From NCBI GenBank assembly GCA_020184695.1, contig JAANOX010000035.1, positions 292,877 through 356,876 on the forward strand: a stretch of 64,000 nt of DNA. The letters are read 5' to 3'. Below, in pieces: positions 43,751 to 53,516 of this stretch (within the stretch, counting starts at the first letter, position 1; each line of letters starts with the position of its first letter). A program made the translations under genes and the position numbers. The notes under the pieces are model-generated. The model saw nothing but the letters and a program-made list of their open reading frames with translations. It was not told the DNA's origin and made no database searches. Origin of the DNA: Histomonas meleagridis 2922-C6/04-290x (Eukaryota; Protista; Parabasalia).

Positions 43751-44650
43751 CTTGGGATTGCAATCGGTATTACATAACAATAAATGTTTTTAGAAGAAAT
43801 GATGTTTTATTATTGAATTTACATATTAGACATCAAACACTTGTCAACAACATATATTAACATGTGTTGATTAAGGTTGGAAAAAGTAATTTAACATATG
43901 TTAAATAACATCTTTCAAAATTTTATAAAACAAAAGGTTCATAAAAAGAATCAGCCAAAGTTAATTTTTTTAGCAAAAATATTGATTATGAATGCTGTTC
44001 CTGCTGTTGCCGATAACAAACTTGAAAACTTATCATCCAACCACTTATGAACTTACAACGAAAAAAAACGCGTTGAAAAAATTGTTTGATTTAATCAAAA
44101 ATTTCAATACACAACATTGAAAAATTTGTTTGATTCAGTTGATTGAATTATTTGTGACGTGTTCAATGAATATTCATTGAAAATTATCGGATGACGATAC
44201 TCCCTTTCAAAAATCTTTTTATTATTAAAACTTTTTTCATCAGTTATTGTTGCTCATATGGCATTTAAGAGAGTTTCTATATGTTGTTTAACCATGTTAT
44301 AGATTTATTTTTATTTACCCATTCGAAAAAAAATATCATTAATTTTTTAGTTAACAATTTCTGAGTAATACAAGTTATTCAAATCTATATCTTTAGATGT
44401 GAAAAATTTCCCATAAAATCATGGGAGATACCACTGTTCTTCGAAAACTCATTCATTTTTTATTTGCTTGTAGGATGATTAGAAATGAATGCTAACTCAA
44501 TTTTGCAGAAGCTTATTCAACGTTATCACGCTGGTGCATTCAAAAGTTCGGGATGGCAAATAAAATTGAATACAAAAATAATTTAAAACGCCGGTGGTTA
44601 TTATCGATGAAAACCGTTTGCCAAGGAAATTTTGTGAACATTATAAGTGT

Positions 44651-44660
44651 TCATATCACA
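44651..44660 (+). promoter_or_regulatory. Tandem initiator (Inr) motifs TCATA/TCACA
   Basis: Match to trichomonad Inr TCAY(T/A), 9-18 nt before the peroxiredoxin ATG. Confidence 0.6.
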
Positions 44661-44668
44661 TTTTCAAA

Positions 44669-45340
44669 ATGAGCTGCAACAAGTGCTGCTGTGGACCAGA
44701 TTGCGCATGCGGACCAGACTGCAAGTGCACACCAGAATGCAACTGCCGCGGACCAGCAAGAGTCGGTCAAAAGGCACCATGCTTCAAGGGAACTGCTGTT
44801 AACACTGATCTTGACTTTGAAGAAATCACTCTTGAACAATACAAGGGCAAATGGCTTGTTCTTTTCTCATATCCATTAGATTTCACATTCGTTTGCCCAA
44901 CAGAAATCATCGCTTTCAGCGAAGCCGCCGAAAAGTTCAAGGCAATCAACTGCGAAGTTGTTGGTATGTCCGTTGATTCTGTTTACTGCCATCTTGCTTG
45001 GATCGCTCAACCACGTAGCGAAGGTGGTCTTGGCGAAATCAACATCAAATTAATTGGTGATCTTGGTGCTAAGATTTCCAAGAAGTACGGATTCTACATG
45101 TGCGATGCCGGCCATGATCTTCGTGGAACTGTTATCATTGACCCAGAAGGTATTGTCCGCCACATCTCAATGAACTTCCCTGATGTTGGTCGTAACATCG
45201 AAGAAGTTCTTCGTCTTGTTAAGGGATACCAATTTGCTGCTGCTCATGGTGAAGTTTGCCCAGCTCAATGGCAAGAAGGCCAAGACACAATCAAGCCAAA
45301 TCCAAAGGAAAGCAAGGAATACTTTGCAAAGCATAAGTAA
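44669..45340 (+). CDS. Typical 2-Cys peroxiredoxin (AhpC/TSA) with Cys-rich N-terminal extension
   Basis: YPLDFTFVCPTEI peroxidatic motif, HGEVCPAQW resolving motif, DVGRNIEEVLRLV; first ATG at 44669 gives MSCNKCCCGPDC... Confidence 0.95.
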   Translation: MSCNKCCCGPDCACGPDCKCTPECNCRGPARVGQKAPCFKGTAVNTDLDFEEITLEQYKGKWLVLFSYPLDFTFVCPTEIIAFSEAAEKFKAINCEVVGMSVDSVYCHLAWIAQPRSEGGLGEINIKLIGDLGAKISKKYGFYMCDAGHDLRGTVIIDPEGIVRHISMNFPDVGRNIEEVLRLVKGYQFAAAHGEVCPAQWQEGQDTIKPNPKESKEYFAKHK

Positions 45341-45706
45341 AAGCACTTCCAATTAAAACAAATTTTTTTCATCAAAGTTTTTATTCACTATAAATCTTTA
45401 CATCAAATTAAAAATATTTGTATTTAAAAGTCAATTTATTTGTTTTATATATTTCACTATTGATAACTTTTATATGCATTTTGATGACAAAAAATGAGAG
45501 TTTCCTCCTATCAACTTTTCCAAATTTGCAATTTTGATCTTTTAAAAAAATTCTGCTTTTAAATTTTATGTAAAGGTAAATAATTTCTCAACATAAGTTT
45601 TTCAATGATAAAGTGCAATTTTTTAAAACTCATTCTTTAAAATGAAAAGGTTTTATGTGATGGCAAATAAATTTCACTTCAAATTTCTTATTTTTGGTTA
45701 TTTATG

Positions 45707-45711
45707 TCACT
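45707..45711 (+). promoter_or_regulatory. Initiator (Inr) motif TCACT
   Basis: 13 nt upstream of the ATG at 45724. Confidence 0.55.
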
Positions 45712-45723
45712 TTTAAGCAAAAA

Positions 45724-46515
45724 ATGACTGAAAAAAAAATCACACATGTTGTAGAACAATTCCTACTAGATGCACCGCCAGGTGAGTATGAACAATGTTC
45801 TTATGATCTTTCAATCCTTACCAACAAAAATTCACTTAAAGCTGCTCGAGCTTCAACTCATGAAAAATGGTTACATAAATTCTGCTATGGTGTCAATATT
45901 AACGGTAACATTGCTATTCTTTGCGATGAAGCCAAGGTTTCTGATGGCGTTTATCTTAATCCAAATGATTATACTCTATTTAAGTTTAATTATGATGATC
46001 TTAAAGCTACACCTATTAGTGACAAGCCCAAAGAATCAAGTTCTTCCCAGCGAAATGAGATGCAAAAACAATTGCAGAAGTATGCTAAAACAGCATATAA
46101 GTCACAAGTTGGAATTGGTGTTTATGAGCAATCAAAGGGAAATTTCACCATTGTTATTAGGAGCTCATCCATTTCTCTCAATAATTACAGAACTGGGGGA
46201 ATAGTTTCAAGATACACATTAGACAAAAGTGGTAAACTTAAAGGCGAAATTAACATTGTTCAACACTTCTTCGAAAGTGGTAATGTCATGTGTAATACTG
46301 GCGCGACACTAAGCCACGATATCCATCACAACGATATCAAGGAACTTATTGCAACAATTGAAAAATTTGAAGCAGAATGGCTCAAGGCTTACTATGATGC
46401 TCTCGAGAAAATGTACAGCGAAGGAATGAACAAGCTCAGAAGGAAACTCCCATATAGTGGAACCAAGATTAATTGGGAAGCCGAACTATGTGGAATTGCA
46501 GGAATGAGTCAATAA
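45724..46515 (+). CDS. F-actin capping protein alpha subunit
   Basis: FLLDAPPGEY, SISLNNYRTGG, IVQHFFESGNV and LRRKLPYSGTKINWE motifs of CapZ alpha. First ATG at 45724. Confidence 0.92.
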   Translation: MTEKKITHVVEQFLLDAPPGEYEQCSYDLSILTNKNSLKAARASTHEKWLHKFCYGVNINGNIAILCDEAKVSDGVYLNPNDYTLFKFNYDDLKATPISDKPKESSSSQRNEMQKQLQKYAKTAYKSQVGIGVYEQSKGNFTIVIRSSSISLNNYRTGGIVSRYTLDKSGKLKGEINIVQHFFESGNVMCNTGATLSHDIHHNDIKELIATIEKFEAEWLKAYYDALEKMYSEGMNKLRRKLPYSGTKINWEAELCGIAGMSQ

Positions 46516-46810
46516 ACTCATGTTTTCCCTAAATAAACGAAACTTGCTCACACCATTTGCAAAGACAATTTCCTGGTTTAATAACGTTTATATATCAATT
46601 TAAGTGAATTTTGATCGTTCTCCATCTCAAGATGAACATCACTTGCATAGTTTGCAATAATTGTGTACGGCGAATTGGAGAGACTCCAGTGCATAAGTTT
46701 CTGGTCTTTACTTCATGTCACAGGAAAGTTAGTAAGTTTTTTGTAATAGTGAATTAGAATCCAATTTAGGTTCAACTTATTTTAATAAAGGACTCTTTGA
46801 GGAGAATTAT

Positions 46811-47413
46811 TTATTGAATAGAAATATAGCGTTCCCAAAAATCAACTGAGCGCTGATATTCTTCTTGGTTTATTGGATTGGATGATCCTCCATATTCAAC
46901 GCCAAGTGCATTTCTCATTGCTGTGATTGGTTGCATTGGTGTTTCGGTTTCAATGAGTTGCGCCTTGATTGAGATGAGTCCCCAATCCCAGGTTCCTGGT
47001 GTAACTTCTTCATTCATTGCATCTGCTTCTTTGATAAGTTGTTCATGAGAATAAAAAATTAAGTCAAGATATTTAGCTGTTGGAACACCTCCAGGTACAT
47101 CATTAGCGTCAATCCAACGACAAAGAACAGCAAGTTCTGTTGGTCTTCGTGAACGATAACCAGATTTAATTAAAGGTAGAATTTCTTCTGTGATTTCAAC
47201 AACATCTACACGAGCATCGGTGAAGTTTGGTATGAAAACGTGACGACAGAAAGGTGCATAACCACCAACACTGCACTTATCAAATCCTCCTTTTTCAGCA
47301 ATATAAGAATTGACACGATTCATGAACTCTTCTTTTGATACATTTGTAATCTTTGCACCGGTATATAAAGGGTCATCAAAATGCCTTAGTGCGAATCTAT
47401 CTAGAGCAATCAT
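46811..47413 (-). CDS. DUF3228-family protein
   Basis: GYAPFCRHVFIPNFT, SGYRSRRPTELAVLCRW, YLDLIFYSHEQL, WGLISIKAQ and PMQPITAMRNALGVEYGGS match the family pattern as recalled. Confidence 0.85.
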   Translation of the reverse strand: MIALDRFALRHFDDPLYTGAKITNVSKEEFMNRVNSYIAEKGGFDKCSVGGYAPFCRHVFIPNFTDARVDVVEITEEILPLIKSGYRSRRPTELAVLCRWIDANDVPGGVPTAKYLDLIFYSHEQLIKEADAMNEEVTPGTWDWGLISIKAQLIETETPMQPITAMRNALGVEYGGSSNPINQEEYQRSVDFWERYISIQ

Positions 47414-47515
47414 ATGTATGAGTCAATATTTTAACAGTATCTCTGAAATTTTTTTAATACTTTATTCAGTAAATAAAAAGTGGCGTCATCTGGCCAAAAA
47501 TAGAAAAGTGACAAA

Positions 47516-48112
47516 ATGGATGTCTTCTTTACCTTATTTCTTTTCTCCAATGCAATCGAAGAATATGGAGGCGAGAAGTCTGACATTTTGATTTCTTATT
47601 ACTCAATGATAAAACTTCAACACACAGAAACAGATTTACTCTTATCATCAATTGAATTGAATTATCCTTCTGGATCATTCCAACAGATGACTCGTGCAAT
47701 TCGTAAGCCAGTCCTAGCAGAAACATATTGGACTGTTTTTCCTATGTCAAACGAAACAGAAATTCTCCAAGGAAAGCCTATTGAATGTGGATCAACAATT
47801 CGCTTGAACCATGCTACAACCAAAAAATGGCTTCACTCACATCGTGTAAAGACGCCAGACAACAAAGGATTTGAGGTTTCTTGCTTTGATGAAGACGATG
47901 AAGGAAACCTATGGTATCTTGAATGCAACGACATGTGGACTGCTGGTTCCGCCTTTCGCCTTCAGCACGTTGTTACAGACCATTATTTAGCTGTTGATAG
48001 TTCTTCCGAATATCCAGCAGAACAAGCAGGCGAACATTTAGTTTATGCTTCAAAGATTGATGAAGGTAACGAGTGGTCCATTGCAGGCGCAATAACTGTA
48101 GATGAAAATTAA
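47516..48112 (+). CDS. MIR-domain protein, stromal cell-derived factor 2 (SDF2)-like
   Basis: Signal-peptide-like N-terminus; YYSMIKLQH, IECGSTIRLNHATTKKWLHSH, EVSCF...GNLW and FRLQHVVTDHYL MIR repeats. Confidence 0.88.
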   Translation: MDVFFTLFLFSNAIEEYGGEKSDILISYYSMIKLQHTETDLLLSSIELNYPSGSFQQMTRAIRKPVLAETYWTVFPMSNETEILQGKPIECGSTIRLNHATTKKWLHSHRVKTPDNKGFEVSCFDEDDEGNLWYLECNDMWTAGSAFRLQHVVTDHYLAVDSSSEYPAEQAGEHLVYASKIDEGNEWSIAGAITVDEN

Positions 48113-50037
48113 ATTTTTTAATTCTTTTGGTTTATTATTGAAGCGTTTTTACAATAAAAATTCGATTTTCTGCTTTAGGAAAGTCACTCAGGCTTGAAAC
48201 ATTCATATAATAATATAAAAAAAAATATTTATGAGATAAATCATTGGTTGATTTCAAATGGAACATTTTGGTCAATGACATATTTAAAACATTCTAAAGT
48301 TAACAACAAATTGTGGTTAAAAAACAAAATTTCAATTCATGAAATTAATTCATTTTTTATCAAGATATTTTCATTTTATTGGTTATTTTTTTGAATGAAA
48401 AATAGTTTTGTCGGTCTGCCCCTGTTTTGCTTGCCGCAACCTTCTTTTTGCAAAAAATGGTTTTTCATCATTACTTTTCCCCATTTACTTAAATGTGCAT
48501 TCCTACAACTATTATAAATTTTTTACGTGAGATTCATTTTTCAAAATCCAAACACAAATGTATAAAATGTTTTAGTTTTTTAATAATATTGTATATTCTT
48601 TTTATGCTTTGAAAATAGAATAGGTAATATTTTAAATATTTAAATTTCAACAATTTCTAAATATTATAACGAAATCATAAAAATGTCTTTATACTTAGAT
48701 ATAACATCTTACTGTTATATTGAGAATAAGTGAGTGAAATGATGGAAGTCAAATATTTATTTATGTAAATTATGTACTGCAGTATATTTAATAACTTTCA
48801 TTAATCAATAATAAAAGATGTAAATAAATGATATTGTATACAAAGAAAATGTTTTAATAAGTTATAATAAGAGCTATTAGTAACAAAATATTTTATTAAT
48901 GCACATTAATTTTTAGAAATCTAATCAAGAAAATGATGAAATAATTTTGAGAAAAAATATTATTATTAAATAATTATGAAAATTTTAAATAAAATTTTGT
49001 TTAATTATTTATACGATTCCATGATTATAAAAAATTGTAAATAATTTTTGTTAAAACAATGAAATAAGCAACAAAATAATTGGTTTAGCTTGTGTTTTTA
49101 TGGGGTACACTGTTGTAAATCTATCGGCCATTAACTGTAGTGATGAAATTAACCCCTTTGCTCAACGAATGGATGTTCACTGTAAAGTTTTCATAATATT
49201 CTTAATATCAATCATTACTTGTTTATTTAAATAATTCATTTGATTCAATTATCATTTTCAAATCATTATTCCTTGCATGAAAAGATCGGATAATTTATTT
49301 GACACACAACAATGCTATGATAATATAAATTATTTGCTTTAATAAACAGTATAATTTTTTGAAAAACAAGAACAAATTTTATAAAAAAAAATATAGTAAA
49401 GAAATTGTTTTATTATTTTTATTTTCATATTTATTAAAATTTTTAATTTTTGTTTTAATGGCTATATTGAAATAAAGAACTATTTTTGCAAAATGTATAC
49501 ATACTTTTCAAAAAGGATATAAATTATGTTAAACATAATTTTTCATAAAGAATTCCTTAACTTTAATATATAAAATTTAAGATATGATACTATTTTGATA
49601 ATTTTAATGCAATTTTATAAAAAAAAATTTCCAAAGAAACAAAACAATTGACAAATATTACATCATTTTAAAATCATTATTAAATAATAATTTCTAAAAT
49701 TCGGCAAATTCCTAAAAAAAGCCAAGAAAACTTTGAAGTTTATTTTCTAATATTATTTTCAATGGTAAATTTAGGATAATTCAAAGAAAGACGATAGACG
49801 CTGATCGCTTTTCAAGTGACCATTTTTTTCAATGAATAAATCACGGTTTATGCCGGTTAAAACATAGAAATCAAAATGCTAAATTCAACGACAAATATCT
49901 TATTCTCATGGAGATATTTGAAGCTTTAACATTCATTTTATGATTAAAATACGACATTTGTTATTCCTTTTCGTTTAAAAGTTTTAATATTGAAAATGTC
50001 AGGAAATATTTTCATTTGAATTTTTGATTGAATCAAA

Positions 50038-50820
50038 ATGAAAGGCGAAGAGAATCGCAAAGCAAAGCCACAAAAAAAGAGTAATTTCTCCGATTTCGTC
50101 AAGAGCTTTCTTCAAACCCATGAAACTGAAGCCAGCAACAGTATTATCCAGATCAATCAATTATCTTTGGAATCAGGTATTGAAAAACGTCGTCTTTACG
50201 ACTTCATGAACGTACTCGTGGCATGTGGAATCTGCTCCAAATACAATACCCATTCATACCAATGGATAGGCTTATCATCAATCGAAGAATTGCTTCCTCG
50301 TATCTCACACGAAATTGAGGTCAGAGCAATCCGAGAAGATGCCACATTCATATTTGCACTTCCAAAGTCCCCAACAGTCGGTAACTTAATCAATAGCTTC
50401 TTAGGCGTATTTCTATATTTTGGAATTCCATCTTTTCATATCAAAGACATAGCTATATTATTCTCTGACAATGACGATAAAATAAAGCCTATCCTTCGTA
50501 GGCTATACCTTGTATCATTTTTACTAGAACGAATAGGCATATTGAAACATTCAACCAAAGTTGGTCAGTGCCAAATCAACGCCGACCTAAGCCAAGTGAT
50601 GAAAAATACATTTGAAACAATGTCCAAAAATAGCGAATTTCCACCTGATTGCATTGAACATCAATTGAACAGGTTTGATGACTTGTATATTACCAGACTA
50701 AGAATCGACAGAAGAGAGCAGCTCTTTAATCACCTGCAGGCCAGAGTTGACAGAATCAAGAAGGGAAGCAGAACATATAATTTCGATCCATTATCGAAAT
50801 CGTATGAAATTGGATTTTGA
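50038..50820 (+). CDS. E2F/DP-family winged-helix transcription factor with two DNA-binding-like domains
   Basis: GIEKRRLYDFMNVL...YQWIG, and a second degenerate RRLYLVSFLLERIGIL motif. Confidence 0.85.
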   Translation: MKGEENRKAKPQKKSNFSDFVKSFLQTHETEASNSIIQINQLSLESGIEKRRLYDFMNVLVACGICSKYNTHSYQWIGLSSIEELLPRISHEIEVRAIREDATFIFALPKSPTVGNLINSFLGVFLYFGIPSFHIKDIAILFSDNDDKIKPILRRLYLVSFLLERIGILKHSTKVGQCQINADLSQVMKNTFETMSKNSEFPPDCIEHQLNRFDDLYITRLRIDRREQLFNHLQARVDRIKKGSRTYNFDPLSKSYEIGF

Positions 50821-51444
50821 GCAACTACTTCTTGAAAATGGTTTTGTTGATTTAACTGCATTGGTGTAATCAAATTAAATTTAATCATATAATTTTGTTA
50901 TGTTTGAAAATAATTGTTGTAATGTTTGACCCAGAAACAGAGCTGGCACTGCAGGTTCCACAAGTCAGGAGATCCAACTTTGGCGATTTCGAGGTTAGCA
51001 GGAGACGATGCCTTTTAATTGAAAACGAGCGGTTAATAACCGTATCGTATTGAATTATTAATGGGGGAAAGGGCCTCATTCAAAAAGTTGAGCTGACGAT
51101 TTTACTTTCACACAAATTTATTTGACATAATCAATCAAAAGGTATTTTACAAACCTCTTTGTTATGAAGATAGAGTAAAAATAGTTACGCGGTTGACTAT
51201 ATTTTTGATTCATCTCTTTCAGCCATTACCAAAAAATTCATCTTCTTTTGTTATACATTTACACTATGATTTATTTTTTATCAAGACAATATAATCATAG
51301 TTACGATTTCGATCAAAGCGTACAAAAGCTCGATTTCTTGTAATGTTATTTCCTTGCATAATGAGAATTTTTTGATCAAATTATCATTCATAAACAAAAA
51401 CCATATGATATATATCTTTTTTATTTACAATTATACTCCAACAA

Positions 51445-52137
51445 TTATTGGAGTTTTGATGGCGTGAGTGTAAATGAAAGTGATTTTGCCTCTTTTTTGA
51501 TATCTTTTCGATCTCGAAGTAATGGACCAGAATATCTTCTCATTGTATTTTGTACAAGATTCCTGTTAATTATGTGCCTTTGGCGCTCATGGTAATAAAG
51601 ATAATTTGGATTTAAATCTGATTCACGTTGTATTCTTTCTTTTTCTTGGAAGCATTCATTAATTAAGGCATGTATTTCAGCAAACTCATGTGTCATATGT
51701 TCTTTTAGTAAGTCAATCTCGTGAATAGTATTGTTTATTTCACTCATCAATTGGTTATGATTATTTAAAACTTTTTGGTTTACATATGCTGTAAGTTGTG
51801 TAGAAACTCTCTGAAATGTGCTGTCAACATATTTGCAATTCGCTTTCTCAATAATTGATCTTGAAGAGGCCTTTTGTGCTAAAGCGGACCTAAGATATGT
51901 AATAATTTCTGTAATAGCTGCATCTGGATCTGCTTGAACTTTAATACTAAATACGTCCCAATCTATTTCACTTGGTGGGCCAATATCACTACATATTGAT
52001 GATGTTGATTTTACACTAGATTCTGAACTAATACCCAAAGCTTTAGAATATGAATTGATTTCAGCTTCAATTTGATCTAGTTTTTGATTTGTTTCTTCTT
52101 GAAATTCTTCGAATCTGTCTTTAAGTGATTTTTTCAT
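51445..52137 (-). CDS. Coiled-coil hypothetical protein
   Basis: Open frame from the ATG at 52137; helical composition. Confidence 0.75.
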   Translation of the reverse strand: MKKSLKDRFEEFQEETNQKLDQIEAEINSYSKALGISSESSVKSTSSICSDIGPPSEIDWDVFSIKVQADPDAAITEIITYLRSALAQKASSRSIIEKANCKYVDSTFQRVSTQLTAYVNQKVLNNHNQLMSEINNTIHEIDLLKEHMTHEFAEIHALINECFQEKERIQRESDLNPNYLYYHERQRHIINRNLVQNTMRRYSGPLLRDRKDIKKEAKSLSFTLTPSKLQ

Positions 52138-52415
52138 GAATAAGCAAAGACCGTTTACTATTAAACGGCCACCCAACGTTTTTTTTTTTGTTCAAAACAA
52201 GACTTCTCTACAACATTTCATGTCTATTATTACATTTGGTGGTTCATGAAAGTATTTTCTAAAAAGAGCACAAAAATGATTTAAAATAAAATTTAATAAA
52301 TATTAAGATTTAATCAACATCCAAAATTTTTAACAAGTCTGAATAACGCAAGACAATTTAATTAAAAGTTGTGCCTGTTTGCTGAAATAACAATTTATAA
52401 AATATTTTATAAACA

Positions 52416-53363
52416 TCAAATTAATTTAATTTGTACATCTCCACCTTGGCTTACCAGGTAATCGTAAATCATTGTGTGTCCTCTGTTAAATGCGCACTGA
52501 GCTGGAGAAATTCCATGAGATGAGAGAACGTTTAAATTGGCGCCTTTTTCTGTCAAAATTTGGCAAATTTCGAAATCTCCTCTCGAACAGGAGTAATGAA
52601 GCGGTGTCCAGCCTCTACGGTCTCTTTGATCTATTGATGCAATGCAGTGAGGTGAGTTGAGAAGAATTTTAATAACTTCGGAGTTACCATAAAATGATGC
52701 GTATAAAAGAGGTGTTCGATCACCATCAACAAGAATATGAGTATCAGCACCAATAGAAACAAGATATTTTAAAACTGGAATAGAGTTTTTCAATGCTATT
52801 AAAAGGGGTGTTATATTTGATTCTGAAGATTCATTCATATTACAATTGTTTCGAATTAAAAATTTAATAACTGAGGTACATTGAGGATATGATGCATAAT
52901 GAATTGGTTTGAATCCTTTATTATCAGACTTGTTTAAATCAAAATTACGATTCCAAAATCTTTCAACAATTTTAATATTTCCATATTGACAAGCATAATG
53001 TAATGAATTTTTTCCATTTGAGTCTGTTATATTAAAATCTATTCCAGCACTATCAAAATAATCACAAATTTCAATTGAACCACCTGCTGCCGCAAAGTGA
53101 AAAGGCAAAACTCCTTTATCATCACCAAGTAATAAATCAGCGTCATTATTAAGCAGATATTTGAAACATTTTTTTGCAGCAAAATAAGCAGCAATTGAAA
53201 TCAATGGTGGGTTATTTTTTAAAATTGGCCAATCACATGAATTGCAATCTAGTTTTGCATTTACATTATCATTTTCTATGATAAATTCTTCAAGTGTTTT
53301 AATGTCATCTCTTTCAAACACTACAAAATCCGTGATAAAATTGACAAAACTCAAATCATTCAA
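52416..53363 (-). CDS. Uninterrupted ankyrin-repeat protein (about 7 repeats)
   Basis: NPPLISIAAYF, GVLPFHFAA, GKNSLHYAC, GFKPIHYAS, ITPLLIA, RTPLLYAS, GWTPLHYSC. No in-frame ATG at the 5' end (TTG start), so the start is uncertain. Confidence 0.8.
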   Translation of the reverse strand: MNDLSFVNFITDFVVFERDDIKTLEEFIIENDNVNAKLDCNSCDWPILKNNPPLISIAAYFAAKKCFKYLLNNDADLLLGDDKGVLPFHFAAAGGSIEICDYFDSAGIDFNITDSNGKNSLHYACQYGNIKIVERFWNRNFDLNKSDNKGFKPIHYASYPQCTSVIKFLIRNNCNMNESSESNITPLLIALKNSIPVLKYLVSIGADTHILVDGDRTPLLYASFYGNSEVIKILLNSPHCIASIDQRDRRGWTPLHYSCSRGDFEICQILTEKGANLNVLSSHGISPAQCAFNRGHTMIYDYLVSQGGDVQIKLI

Positions 53364-53516
53364 TTAAAACTATATTCAAAGAATAATTTTGACAATTCCA
53401 ATTTAATTCAAATCGAAAGTAAACGTTCTCCGCCTAAAAGTGAATTCACTCAATCAAAAACACATCAAATAAAATCATTTCCAAATATCGAAAGATAAAA
53501 GCATTTAACAATAAAA

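Noticed and set aside
43980-44300. Coding-like remnant on the minus strand (QQ*LMKKVL...SSSDNFQ*IFIEHVTNNSIN*IKQIF)
   Set aside because: Multiple stops and frameshifts; may be a decayed LRR-type gene but cannot be supported without a search.
50885-51079. 64-aa minus-strand ORF
   Set aside because: Short, with no recognisable motif or clear promoter element.
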